The notes below the pieces were generated by a model. It saw only the letters and a list, made by a program, of their open reading frames with translations, did not search any database and was not told the origin of the DNA. DNA of 32,000 bases from Geotalea uraniireducens Rf4. GTDB taxonomy: Bacteria > Desulfobacterota > Desulfuromonadia > Geobacterales > Geobacteraceae. This document shows positions 8,251-15,849 of this stretch, piece by piece. Each line of letters opens with the position of its first letter. Position 1 is the stretch's first letter. A program made the translations under genes and the position numbers. The stretch is taken from NCBI RefSeq assembly GCF_000016745.1, contig NC_009483.1, forward strand, positions 450,001 to 482,000, read 5' to 3'.

Positions 8251-8437
8251 GGTGCGGCTAATTAATTAAGGGGTTGAATTCAATGGGCAATTCTGATGTC
8301 GGCGGGCTGATCCCTCCCGGAGGGTGGCTCAAATCCTCCATGGATTACCTCTTCTCGGGTATAGGTATGGAAGGTGAAATTATTTGCAGCGGTTTCTCGT
8401 TATGCTGATTACTCAATCGCAAGGAAAGGACGATTGG

Positions 8438-8809
8438 TCAGAATGTGAAGCCGAGCTTGCAGCTGACTTCGCCCAGACCGATTGACTCTTTAATCGGAGG
8501 AACTAACCCGGCCCGCTCTCTGAGCTCGCTGGCGCTTTCGTCCGGACCGTAGATCATGGTGAGGGAAAGTCTACCATAGCGAATCATCACATTTCCGTCA
8601 TCATCCGCACCCAGAGCCAAATGTTTCCCCTTAGCTTTTTCATCCTGTTTAGCCTCGTGCCTAGCCTCGGGATTTCCCGTCGCAACAACTGGAAACAGTT
8701 TAATGTTCTCTGAAAAAGCTCCTTGCGGGACCAGGAGGAAGGTGATTGCCACGATCATCGTGACGCGATTCAAATACGGACCAATCGTTCTTCTCTGTAA
8801 ATCTGCCAT
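8438..8809 (-). CDS. small secreted protein of unknown function (C-terminus ...KLGFTF)
   Basis: ORF 8438..8860. The ATG at 8809 (MADLQRRTIGPYLNRVTMIVAITFLLVPQGAFS) is preferred, because codons upstream of it overlap the riboswitch terminator/hairpin at 8854-8872. The N-terminus is signal-like and the last residue is Phe. Confidence 0.65.
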   Translation of the reverse strand: MADLQRRTIGPYLNRVTMIVAITFLLVPQGAFSENIKLFPVVATGNPEARHEAKQDEKAKGKHLALGADDDGNVMIRYGRLSLTMIYGPDESASELRERAGLVPPIKESIGLGEVSCKLGFTF

Positions 8810-8857
8810 TTTTCCCACTTTCACCGGACTTTCTCCATCCGATGCCTGTTGTGCCGG

Positions 8858-8962
8858 CAAACAAAGCCGGCTCGCAAATTCCGTTGAGATCTTTCGGCAA
8901 CCCGGCTTCTCTTCCCAGACCCTCTGGGCTTTCCGTCTTATCCTCGCACGCGGTTGATACTA
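8858..8962 (-). promoter_or_regulatory. second GEMM-I-like riboswitch with terminator platform, in the leader of 8438..8809
   Basis: The minus strand reads AUCAACCGCGUGCGAGGAUAAGACGGAAAGCC-CAGAGGGUCU-GGGAAGAGA-AGCCGGGUUGCCGAAAG. The 3' half is nearly identical to riboswitch 1. AAGCCGG can pair with CCGGCUU followed by UGUUU, and there is an alternative perfect hairpin GCCGGC-UUUGUUU-GCCGGC. Confidence 0.65.
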
Positions 8963-9020
8963 ATGGTTGTTGTTTGTCTGTTACGCGAGTGTAACCCATT
9001 TGTTCCGCTTGCCGAGTAAA

Positions 9021-9050
9021 ACTATTGTAATACCTACTATTGTAATACCT
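9021..9050. repeat. perfect 15-nt tandem direct repeat (ACTATTGTAATACCT x2) in a divergent intergenic region
   Basis: Read directly at 9021-9035 and 9036-9050. It lies between riboswitch 2 (-) and the sensor kinase gene (+). Confidence 0.8.
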
Positions 9051-9211
9051 GTCGCGCATATGATGCATTCATGTCATTGGTCGGCCACCCAAAAAACCGG
9101 CTATCAATATTGACAGGGCCGGAGAAACCGGTATGCTCGACTCAATCAATTTCGCCCGTTTTGTGCCTTAATTTTACCTATCCCCTAACCCTGATAAACA
9201 GGTCCCGTTCA

Positions 9212-11334
9212 ATGGATGCAAGTGACTATCAGAAAATCCGGCAACTGTTTGACGACTACCTGCGGATGTATTCATCCCGCGATGATCGGCTCACCACGTA
9301 TTTCAGCGAGGACTTTTCCGGCTTTACCGGAGGCGGGGATTTTCTGGTCAAAGACAGGGAAGAATGGGTCGCGATTACCCGCCAGGACTTCGCCAAGGTC
9401 AAAGATCCGATCCATATCGAACTCAAGGACCTGGCCATCCAGTCACTGGCCGATACGATCGCCGTCGCGACCAGCTTCTTCACCATTCACCTGCCGATCG
9501 AAGACCACATCCTGTCACGAGAGACAGCCCGCCTGGTGCTGATTTTCCGCAAGGAATCCGCGGGCTGGAAAATCTCGCACAGCAGTATTTCCATTCCCTA
9601 CTACCTGGTTCGTGAAGGCGAAGTCTATCCCATGAAGGAACTGGTGGAGCGTAACCAGTACCTGGAAGAGCTGGTCGCCGAACGGACGATTCAGCTTTCC
9701 GAGGCAAACGATAAGCTGTTAAGAACAAATGAAGAACTGGCGAGAGAGATTGCAGGGCACAAGCAGGCCGAGGAGGCGCTGCGGCAGAGCGAGACCTACT
9801 ACCGACTGTTGACAGAGGATGCATCCGATGTGGTCTGGAAGATAGACAGCGATTATCGTTTCACCTATATCAGCCCGGCGGACGAGCGCCTGCGCGGCTA
9901 CAGGGCCGAGGAAGTGATCGGCCACCATGTTTTCGAAATCTTTGACGAAGAAGGGATCGCATCTCTCAAGAAAACAGCCCTACAGCGGCAGGAGGCCGAA
10001 CAGAACGGAACGGAACGCGGACAGGCACCTTAACCTTCGAAGCACAGCACCGCTGCAAGGACGGCAGATGGTTATGGGCGGAAATAAACTCAACTCCCGA
10101 GCGTGACGCGTACGGCAAAATTACCGGGTACCACGGTATAACCAGGGAAATAACCGAACGCAAGGAGCGCGAAAAAGAACTGCTGAAAATCGAACAGCTG
10201 GAATCCCTGGGTGCCCTCGCCGGAGGCATTGCCCACGATTTCAACAACATACTGACCGGAATCATGGGAAACGTATCCTTTGCGCAGATGTTCCTGGATG
10301 CCAGCCACAAGTCGTATAAGCCACTGGCTGAAGCCGAAAAAGCATCGGTAAGGGCCGGAGAACTCGCCCATCAACTCCTGACCTTTGCCCGCGGTGGCGA
10401 ACCGGTCAAGAAACTGGTTTCACTCCTGCAGCTTGTGAATGAAACCGTCTCGCTTGTTCTGAGTGGCTCAAACGTCAAGGGAACTATCGAAATCCCCGAC
10501 TCGATCCACGCCATCGAAGCGGACGAAGGGCAGATGAGCCAGGTATTCCACAACATCATCATCAACGCCACGCAGGCGATGCCGGATGGCGGGACTCTGA
10601 CCGTCACCGCACGGAACGCGTCTCTGGACAGTGCAAACACCATGAACCTTCCGGGCGGCAGATATGTCAGGCTGTCATTCGCCGATCAGGGGTGCGGGAT
10701 ACCGGATGGTGATCTGAATAAGGTATTCAACCCCTACTTCACGACCAAGTCGTCTGGAAGCGGGCTTGGGCTCGCTTCGGCCCACTCGATAGTAAACAGG
10801 CATGGCGGCCATATCGGCGTCAGTTCAGTACCGGGTAAAGGTACAACCTTCACAATCCATCTGCCATCAATCGGCGAGACATATTCTACACATCAAACCG
10901 ACTCTGTCGCGCAGTCTGCCGATGCTCATACGGGCGGTTCCATTCTTGTCATGGATGACGAGGAGTTTATCCGGGATATAACGACTGAAATGTTGGAATA
11001 TCTGGGATATCAGGCGACAGCATGTGAGAATGGCGCAGAGGCAATAGTGCAATATAAAGCTGCAAGGGAATCAGGGGTGCCCTTTTCTGCAGTTATCATG
11101 GATCTGACCATACCGGGAGGCATGGGAGGAAAGGAGGCAGCACAGCAGATTCTGGACATCGATCCGAAGGCGTGCCTGATTGTGTCCAGCGGCTATTCAA
11201 ATGATCCGGTCATGGCTGACTACAGTGCCTATGGTTTCAATGGTGCGATAGCGAAGCCTTACAACATGACGGAATTCGGGCAACTGCTGAGCTCGAAGTT
11301 GTCTACGCGACAGGCTCCTGGACAACGAATCTGA
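9212..11334 (+). pseudogene. Hybrid sensor histidine kinase (NTF2/SnoaL-like domain, coiled coil, PAS, HisKA, HATPase_c, receiver), interrupted by a frameshift at about 10003-10030
   Basis: The N-terminal piece is ORF 9071..10033, with probable start MDASDYQKIRQLF at 9212. The PAS continuation TGTLTFEAQHRCKDGRWLWAEINSTPERDAYGKITGYHGITREITERK and the H-box GIAHDFNNILTGIMGNV read in a different frame, into ORF 10264..11334. Also present: N box HNIIINATQAM, G boxes DQGCGI and GSGLGLA, and receiver ILVMDDEE...VIMDLTIPG. Confidence 0.8.
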
Positions 11335-11403
11335 TCATTATCTCCAGCGGTTTTGGAGATGTGTGACGTGGGGCTATTCGTGTCGATGGGGATGCGTTCG
11401 GTT

Positions 11404-11817
11404 TCATTTGCGAAAAACGATCCGGCTGACGTCGCTCGCCGAGATCCGGTAGGCTCCTACCCCCGTATCGCCGTAAAAGACGGCGCTTTTGTTCACCTTG
11501 AGCTGGAGGCGGCTCCCCGATTTTAGCAGCAGGTCGGCCGGTGCCTCGTTGCCGCTCACCGGGCCGAAGCTTAGTTCCTTAAGGTCGCGGAAGAAAACGC
11601 TCATGCGCCCTTCCCCCCGTTGCCCTTCGAAAAAGACATTGCCGTCCATGGAAAACCGGCTCAAGTCGGTCGTCACTCCCGAGCGGTCGATAATCTGAGC
11701 CTTGATGTTCTCTTCCGTTTTGGGGACCGTCCCCTCCGGGGTGCCGCCCAGGCTACCCATGCCCATCAGCATGATGGCGGTCAGCAGGACCAGAACGACA
11801 GTCAGTGCGCCTCGCAT
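11404..11817 (-). CDS. hypothetical secreted protein
   Basis: ORF 11404..11841. The ATG at 11817 (MRGALTVVLVLLTAIMLMGMGSLGG signal-like N-terminus) is preceded by AAAGGAGAGAAGGT. Confidence 0.7.
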   Translation of the reverse strand: MRGALTVVLVLLTAIMLMGMGSLGGTPEGTVPKTEENIKAQIIDRSGVTTDLSRFSMDGNVFFEGQRGEGRMSVFFRDLKELSFGPVSGNEAPADLLLKSGSRLQLKVNKSAVFYGDTGVGAYRISASDVSRIVFRK

Positions 11818-12111
11818 ACCTTCTCTCCTTTTCGTCGGCATATACCATATAGAATAGCACCGGAGGGGGCGATGTAAACCGGTGCTGACGAAAATCCCGC
11901 GGCGCCGCTTGCAACGTCGGCAAAATAATCGGCATTATAATCGGCAGGCTTGTTACAAAACGGACTTTATTTTGATAGATAATGCCTTATGTGATAGATA
12001 GTTATGCATGATATTGATGCTTTATTAACATAGGCAGAAGTTGGGACATCCGACCCTCAAGCCGGAGGCTGCCTACATGTTTCAGGAGGCCCTGCTGCGG
12101 CGCAGGGTGAC

Positions 12112-12250
12112 ATGATTCGGGTTTCCGGAATGGCTGAGCGGGCCGGCCGGATGCTGTTTGCCAAGTTGCTGGACGAGGGGCTGTTGGTTTCACGTATGCC
12201 GAAGGGGCCGGTAAGGCTGGCATTTCCGACCCATGTGGCCGGATACCTTA
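12112..12250 (+). pseudogene. possible remnant of a Fic-family gene C-terminus (winged-helix-like tail)
   Basis: The translation ...GMAERAGRMLFAKLLDEGLLVSRMPKGPVRLAFPTHVAGYL resembles, from memory, the C-terminal tail of Fic/DOC proteins. No Fic core lies upstream, and the adjacent flank (11930-12050) is AT-rich. Confidence 0.2.
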
Positions 12251-13402
12251 AATCGACAGAAATCCGTTTGGAGCAAGACTGGTGGCGAGCATCACCATGT
12301 TGATCTCCCGGTGTTCCCGCCATGTTTCGGTCTCCCTGTTTCTCCACTCCAGCCAGAAACCCTCGATTTCCTCCGCAAGCGACAGGTACCCCGCGAGCGC
12401 TTCGATCTTCCGTAGCAGTGGGTTTTCCAGATTCTTCTCCGACCAACCTCGTAGCGGCACAATCACCTTCAGCCCGATCGAGAGCCCCAGCTCGCGGAAG
12501 GCCAGACGGTATGCGGCAGGATATTTGAGGGGATTGCCCTCCGCGAAGGCCTGCAACCCTGCCAGGGCCGCATCGACAATGGACTCCAAAAGGGACGTGT
12601 CCCTGAAGCCCCCCATGTCCGTCAGCTGCGCGATCCGCCATGCGTCCCACAAAAGGCCGCCGATACCGAGCGGATCGTCCGTTGACCATTCCTTCCCCCG
12701 GCAGATGGCGGCCATATCGGCGATCTCGGCCTTGAGATCGAACTGGAGCGACAGGCCGGGCGCTGCGGCCGAGGCCTGCAGCTCGCAGTAGGTGACGTAG
12801 CCGTCGAGGGGGTCGTGCTGCCCCATGGAGGGGACGAGTGGCCGGCTGAGGTCGATGCTCATTTTCCAGTACATCCGCTTTGCTCCACTCCGGGAAGCAG
12901 GGACGAAGGCGGCATGCGCCGTCTGCGCCAGTTCCATGGCCCACCCGGCGTAGGTCGCAACACCGGTGACCCGGCTCATGCGGCTAAGCGCATGCATCCA
13001 TTTGGTCAGGTAGTGGAAGTACTGCCCGTCCTGTTCCCATTCCAGAGGCTCGTCGGGTGGCTCGCCGGGCCCGCGTTCGTTCAGCCTCTTGCCGATCCGC
13101 AGGCCGCCGCGGGTCGGGTGCGATTCCCCCTCGGCTTCGTCCAGTCCGCTGATCCAGCCGTTGCGGGGATCGTCGCTGCGGTGGCGGCCGAGGATGTGAT
13201 GTACCTGGTCCACGAGACGGAGGGCGAGATCCAGCCACTCCCCGTCATTGGTCTGGCGGAACAGCTCCAGCAGGTTGCAGAGGGCGAAGGCATCCGTCCA
13301 GAGATAACGCCGCGGTGTTTTCCCTGGGGGGGAAACCCCGGTGAGAGCCGCATAGTCCAGCATGATCCCACGGACCTCTGCAATGGAGTTCTTTGGTTCC
13401 AT
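12248..13402 (-). CDS. conserved hypothetical protein (384 aa), function not recognised
   Basis: ORF 12248..13483. The ATG at 13402 (MEPKNSIAEVRG) is preceded by GGAGAA. It is a long ORF with ordinary residue composition. The overlapping ORFs 12057..12944 and 12815..13723 look like shadow frames. Confidence 0.75.
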   Translation of the reverse strand: MEPKNSIAEVRGIMLDYAALTGVSPPGKTPRRYLWTDAFALCNLLELFRQTNDGEWLDLALRLVDQVHHILGRHRSDDPRNGWISGLDEAEGESHPTRGGLRIGKRLNERGPGEPPDEPLEWEQDGQYFHYLTKWMHALSRMSRVTGVATYAGWAMELAQTAHAAFVPASRSGAKRMYWKMSIDLSRPLVPSMGQHDPLDGYVTYCELQASAAAPGLSLQFDLKAEIADMAAICRGKEWSTDDPLGIGGLLWDAWRIAQLTDMGGFRDTSLLESIVDAALAGLQAFAEGNPLKYPAAYRLAFRELGLSIGLKVIVPLRGWSEKNLENPLLRKIEALAGYLSLAEEIEGFWLEWRNRETETWREHREINMVMLATSLAPNGFLSI

Positions 13403-13723
13403 GTTATTTTCTCCACGGCCGTCTTCTCTGTTCGGAGGCATCGGGACGATCCACGCACCCCGGAAACGCAAACGGCCGCACATACCGAAGGTTCTCCTTC
13501 GGCAGTCCGGCCGTCTTCCACTGCGAAGACCCGCGACTTTCCGCCCCCTTCTTGCGGAGGGTTCGGCTTTATCGTGAGGCGAATTAGAAAATATTACAAT
13601 ATAGTGGCAATTGTATCGCCGCCCCTCCCGCTGTCAAGGTTGCATTTCCCGCGCAGATGCACGAGCGCGTGGGGTTGCGGTACTGCCGGGAATGGTCACC
13701 GAATTCTGGGAACAGCATACTAA

Positions 13724-14395
13724 TTATTGCTCCAACAACTTCCGGGCCAAACTGTGTAATTCTGAATTTGCCAGCGCAACCACTTTTTTCTTAACCGAAC
13801 GGGAATAATACTCCTGTTCGGTCTTTGTCAGAGGGAGGCCTTCGAGTTTCTTCTTGAACAATTCTTTCTGTTTCGGCGAAAACACCTGCGACAGTGCATA
13901 GGCTAGAGAAAATTCTTCGTACTTTTCTTTGCGCCGCCTGGTCTTATCTACGTTCTGTTCAAAATAGAGTTCAAACAATCCTTTCAGTCGTTCCGGGTCG
14001 AGCTTTACATCGTCCCAGGCTAGTGCTTGATTGTGAGCAAGGCAGTTTCTCCATTTTTTAACCAGTGATTTGTCTTCGCTGGAGAGGTTTTTCTTAAGCT
14101 TGCTCGACCATGTAAATGTCAGGTGATAGAACGAATACAGAGACGAGGACAAAAGCAATAGCCGGTGGAAGTGATCTTTGTCTTCCCTGCCAGGCAACAG
14201 TTGCTCAACCAGTTCAGGTGCAAACTGATAGCTGTCAGCGGCATTAGCCAGCAACACAGGGAATCCTTCCCAAAGTCGGGTGTCTTGGCTCTTCACAACC
14301 TCCGCTAAAGTTTCATTGACATTCAGTTCTTCACTCGGTTCAAACATCGGAAATCCGAGCTTCGATAGGCTCTTCATAAGTTTCTCGTCAGTCAT
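13724..14395 (-). CDS. HEPN-motif protein (223 aa), second gene of the NTase/HEPN pair
   Basis: KKW-RNCLAH-NQ (nt 14033-14050) is an Rx4H motif of the RNxxAH kind seen in HepT/DUF86. The composition looks all-helical. Its ATG at 14395 overlaps the upstream gene end as TTATGACTGA (8-nt overlap). The longest ORF reaches 14422. Confidence 0.65.
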   Translation of the reverse strand: MTDEKLMKSLSKLGFPMFEPSEELNVNETLAEVVKSQDTRLWEGFPVLLANAADSYQFAPELVEQLLPGREDKDHFHRLLLLSSSLYSFYHLTFTWSSKLKKNLSSEDKSLVKKWRNCLAHNQALAWDDVKLDPERLKGLFELYFEQNVDKTRRRKEKYEEFSLAYALSQVFSPKQKELFKKKLEGLPLTKTEQEYYSRSVKKKVVALANSELHSLARKLLEQ

Positions 14396-14993
14396 AAAGG
14401 CCTTTCTCCCGCAGTAACTCAATGAAGTGCTGAATGTGTGGTTTCAGCCGGTCTTCTGCAATGTCATAGCTGACCATTTCATAGAAGTGTTCGACAAGCC
14501 TATCTATGTTAATATGTGCTATGCGGGCTTCAGCCAGGCTCAGACAATCCTCAAAATCAACCCTGGTTCCACGCATCAACTTGCTGGAAATCAGATCATA
14601 CTCGTTCAAAATGCCAATATACAGGGATGAGTATTCCTTGAAGACTGTATGCCTTCCTTTTTCCAGCGGAGATGCCAGCAACCCCGTCGTGTGAATGGAA
14701 TTTCCGCGAAAGATGTCGAACTGGAATATTTCACCGGAGCGTTTCCAGCCGGAACCGGTCATTGCTTCATAGCCCAATACCCTTAGCTGTTTCGTCAGGT
14801 ACTCATACTCTTGTATGTTGGGGGTCATGAAATCGACGTCTTTTGTCGATGGCTTGACTCCCAGCAATGTCATGGCAGTTCCACCGCAAGCAATCAGGTG
14901 AACTTTACGCTTGAGGAAGCGGTTCCATTCTTCCAGAATGTCAAGAAGCTGGTTTTTGTCTAGCCTATATATCATTTGTACCTTATCATACAA
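14388..14993 (-). CDS. Pol-beta-fold nucleotidyltransferase, AbiEii/DUF6036-like (195-201 aa)
   Basis: LIACGGTAMTLLGVKPSTKDVDFM fits the hG[GS]-x13-DxD motif (nt 14832-14885). A further acidic site is at FQFDIF, and the helical tail contains YDLISSKLMRGTRVDFEDC. The start is either the TTG at 14993 or the ATG at 14975, which is preceded by AAGG. Confidence 0.7.
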   Translation of the reverse strand: MYDKVQMIYRLDKNQLLDILEEWNRFLKRKVHLIACGGTAMTLLGVKPSTKDVDFMTPNIQEYEYLTKQLRVLGYEAMTGSGWKRSGEIFQFDIFRGNSIHTTGLLASPLEKGRHTVFKEYSSLYIGILNEYDLISSKLMRGTRVDFEDCLSLAEARIAHINIDRLVEHFYEMVSYDIAEDRLKPHIQHFIELLREKGLYD

Positions 14994-15055
14994 TAAATTG
15001 TATTGATTTATACAAGCTATTGTATATTTTTATACAAAATAGGTAGTTTTGTCAA
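14988..15055 (-). promoter_or_regulatory. sigma70-type promoter with overlapping palindromic operator-like sites for the NTase/HEPN operon
   Basis: The minus strand reads TTGACA (15055-15050), a 15-17 nt spacer, then TATAAAAAT. Palindromes are TATACAA-GCTA-TTGTATA (15009-15026) and ATACAAT-AA-ATTGTAT (14988-15003), with an extra TATACAA half-site at 15031-15037. Confidence 0.45.
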
Positions 15056-15147
15056 GGGATGTGTTGTTTCACCTTTGAAGGACTTGGAGAACGCTACCCT
15101 GTCAGGCTTTGCAATTGATGATTTGCCACAAGAGCTTTGATCCGGAT

Positions 15148-15774
15148 TCAAGCCTTCCAAACAAAGAAAACGGTTATCCCCAGTAAGCCATACAAAAAAA
15201 GGCTTTTCCAGTTAAATGCCACTTTAAGGTCTTGCGCTGAAGGCAACGATTCGTACAGCAAAAGGAAAACGACAAAATAGAGGCCCAAGATCGAGCCGAG
15301 GCTCGGCGCAAACCATTTGTTCCAATGTCGATACACCATAAAGGCGACTGCCACCAACAGCAAAGGCGCCAGGCCGATTGGCAGTGAATTGATGGCGTTC
15401 AGCTTTCTGAATCGGACCGAACCCATTACCCATTTGCCGTTACCGTCTGATTTCGGAAAAAGAGAAAAGCCGGTGGGGCTTGCAAAAAGGAGCAGCCCAA
15501 CGAGAAGATGACAGATTTCGTGCAGGACCACCCCGATGAAATTCCAGATGCCTATGATGAAGATCCCGCATTCACGGCTTCTGTGATTCAGTGTTATTAA
15601 AAGAAGAACGAGGAGGATGCCACAGAAGTGAAAAAATGAAAGCGAGTTGAATACATGCATGAGCAATAGATTATAGCATTTACCGTCATGGGGCAACTGT
15701 AGAATAGCTTCCTGCCTGACAATGCGCTTCACGGGGTTGCCGTTTTTTCTTACCTCTGGTATATATAGGCTCAA
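15148..15774 (-). CDS. polytopic membrane protein with an intramembrane HExxH motif (DUF3267/zincin-like putative metalloprotease)
   Basis: About 5 hydrophobic segments. VVLHEICHLLVG (HEICH at nt 15508-15522) sits inside a predicted TM helix. The gene is low-GC. The start is uncertain: TTG at 15774 or ATG at 15660. Confidence 0.6.
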   Translation of the reverse strand: MSLYIPEVRKNGNPVKRIVRQEAILQLPHDGKCYNLLLMHVFNSLSFFHFCGILLVLLLITLNHRSRECGIFIIGIWNFIGVVLHEICHLLVGLLLFASPTGFSLFPKSDGNGKWVMGSVRFRKLNAINSLPIGLAPLLLVAVAFMVYRHWNKWFAPSLGSILGLYFVVFLLLYESLPSAQDLKVAFNWKSLFLYGLLGITVFFVWKA

Positions 15775-15780
15775 GACGAA

Positions 15781-15819
15781 GGGCTAAGGACACAAGGTGG
15801 AACCTTGCGTCGTTAGCCC
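15781..15819. other. strong hairpin at the islet / gltB boundary
   Basis: GGGCTAAGGACACAAGG-TGGAA-CCTTGCGTCGTTAGCCC pairs at 15 of 17 positions. It lies between the divergent starts at 15774 (-) and 15850 (+). Confidence 0.5.
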
Positions 15820-15849
15820 TTACTATTTGCCCGAACTGCGGAGAGCCCC

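Noticed and set aside
8810-8860. Longest-ORF start (8860) for the second riboswitch-controlled gene
   Set aside because: Those codons overlap the terminator and the GCCGGC hairpin of the expression platform. The ATG at 8809 gives a conventional signal-peptide N-terminus.
11339-11359. The ATCTCCA-N7-TGGAGAT hairpin as terminator for the kinase gene
   Set aside because: The 7-bp stem is real, but no T-run follows on either strand. It is too weak to call a rho-independent terminator.
12057-13723. ORFs 12057..12944 (-), 12282..12791 (+), 12815..13723 (+) and 13081..13521 (-)
   Set aside because: They overlap the 384-aa ORF, which has an RBS and normal composition. The alternatives are Arg/Pro/Gly-rich shadow frames.
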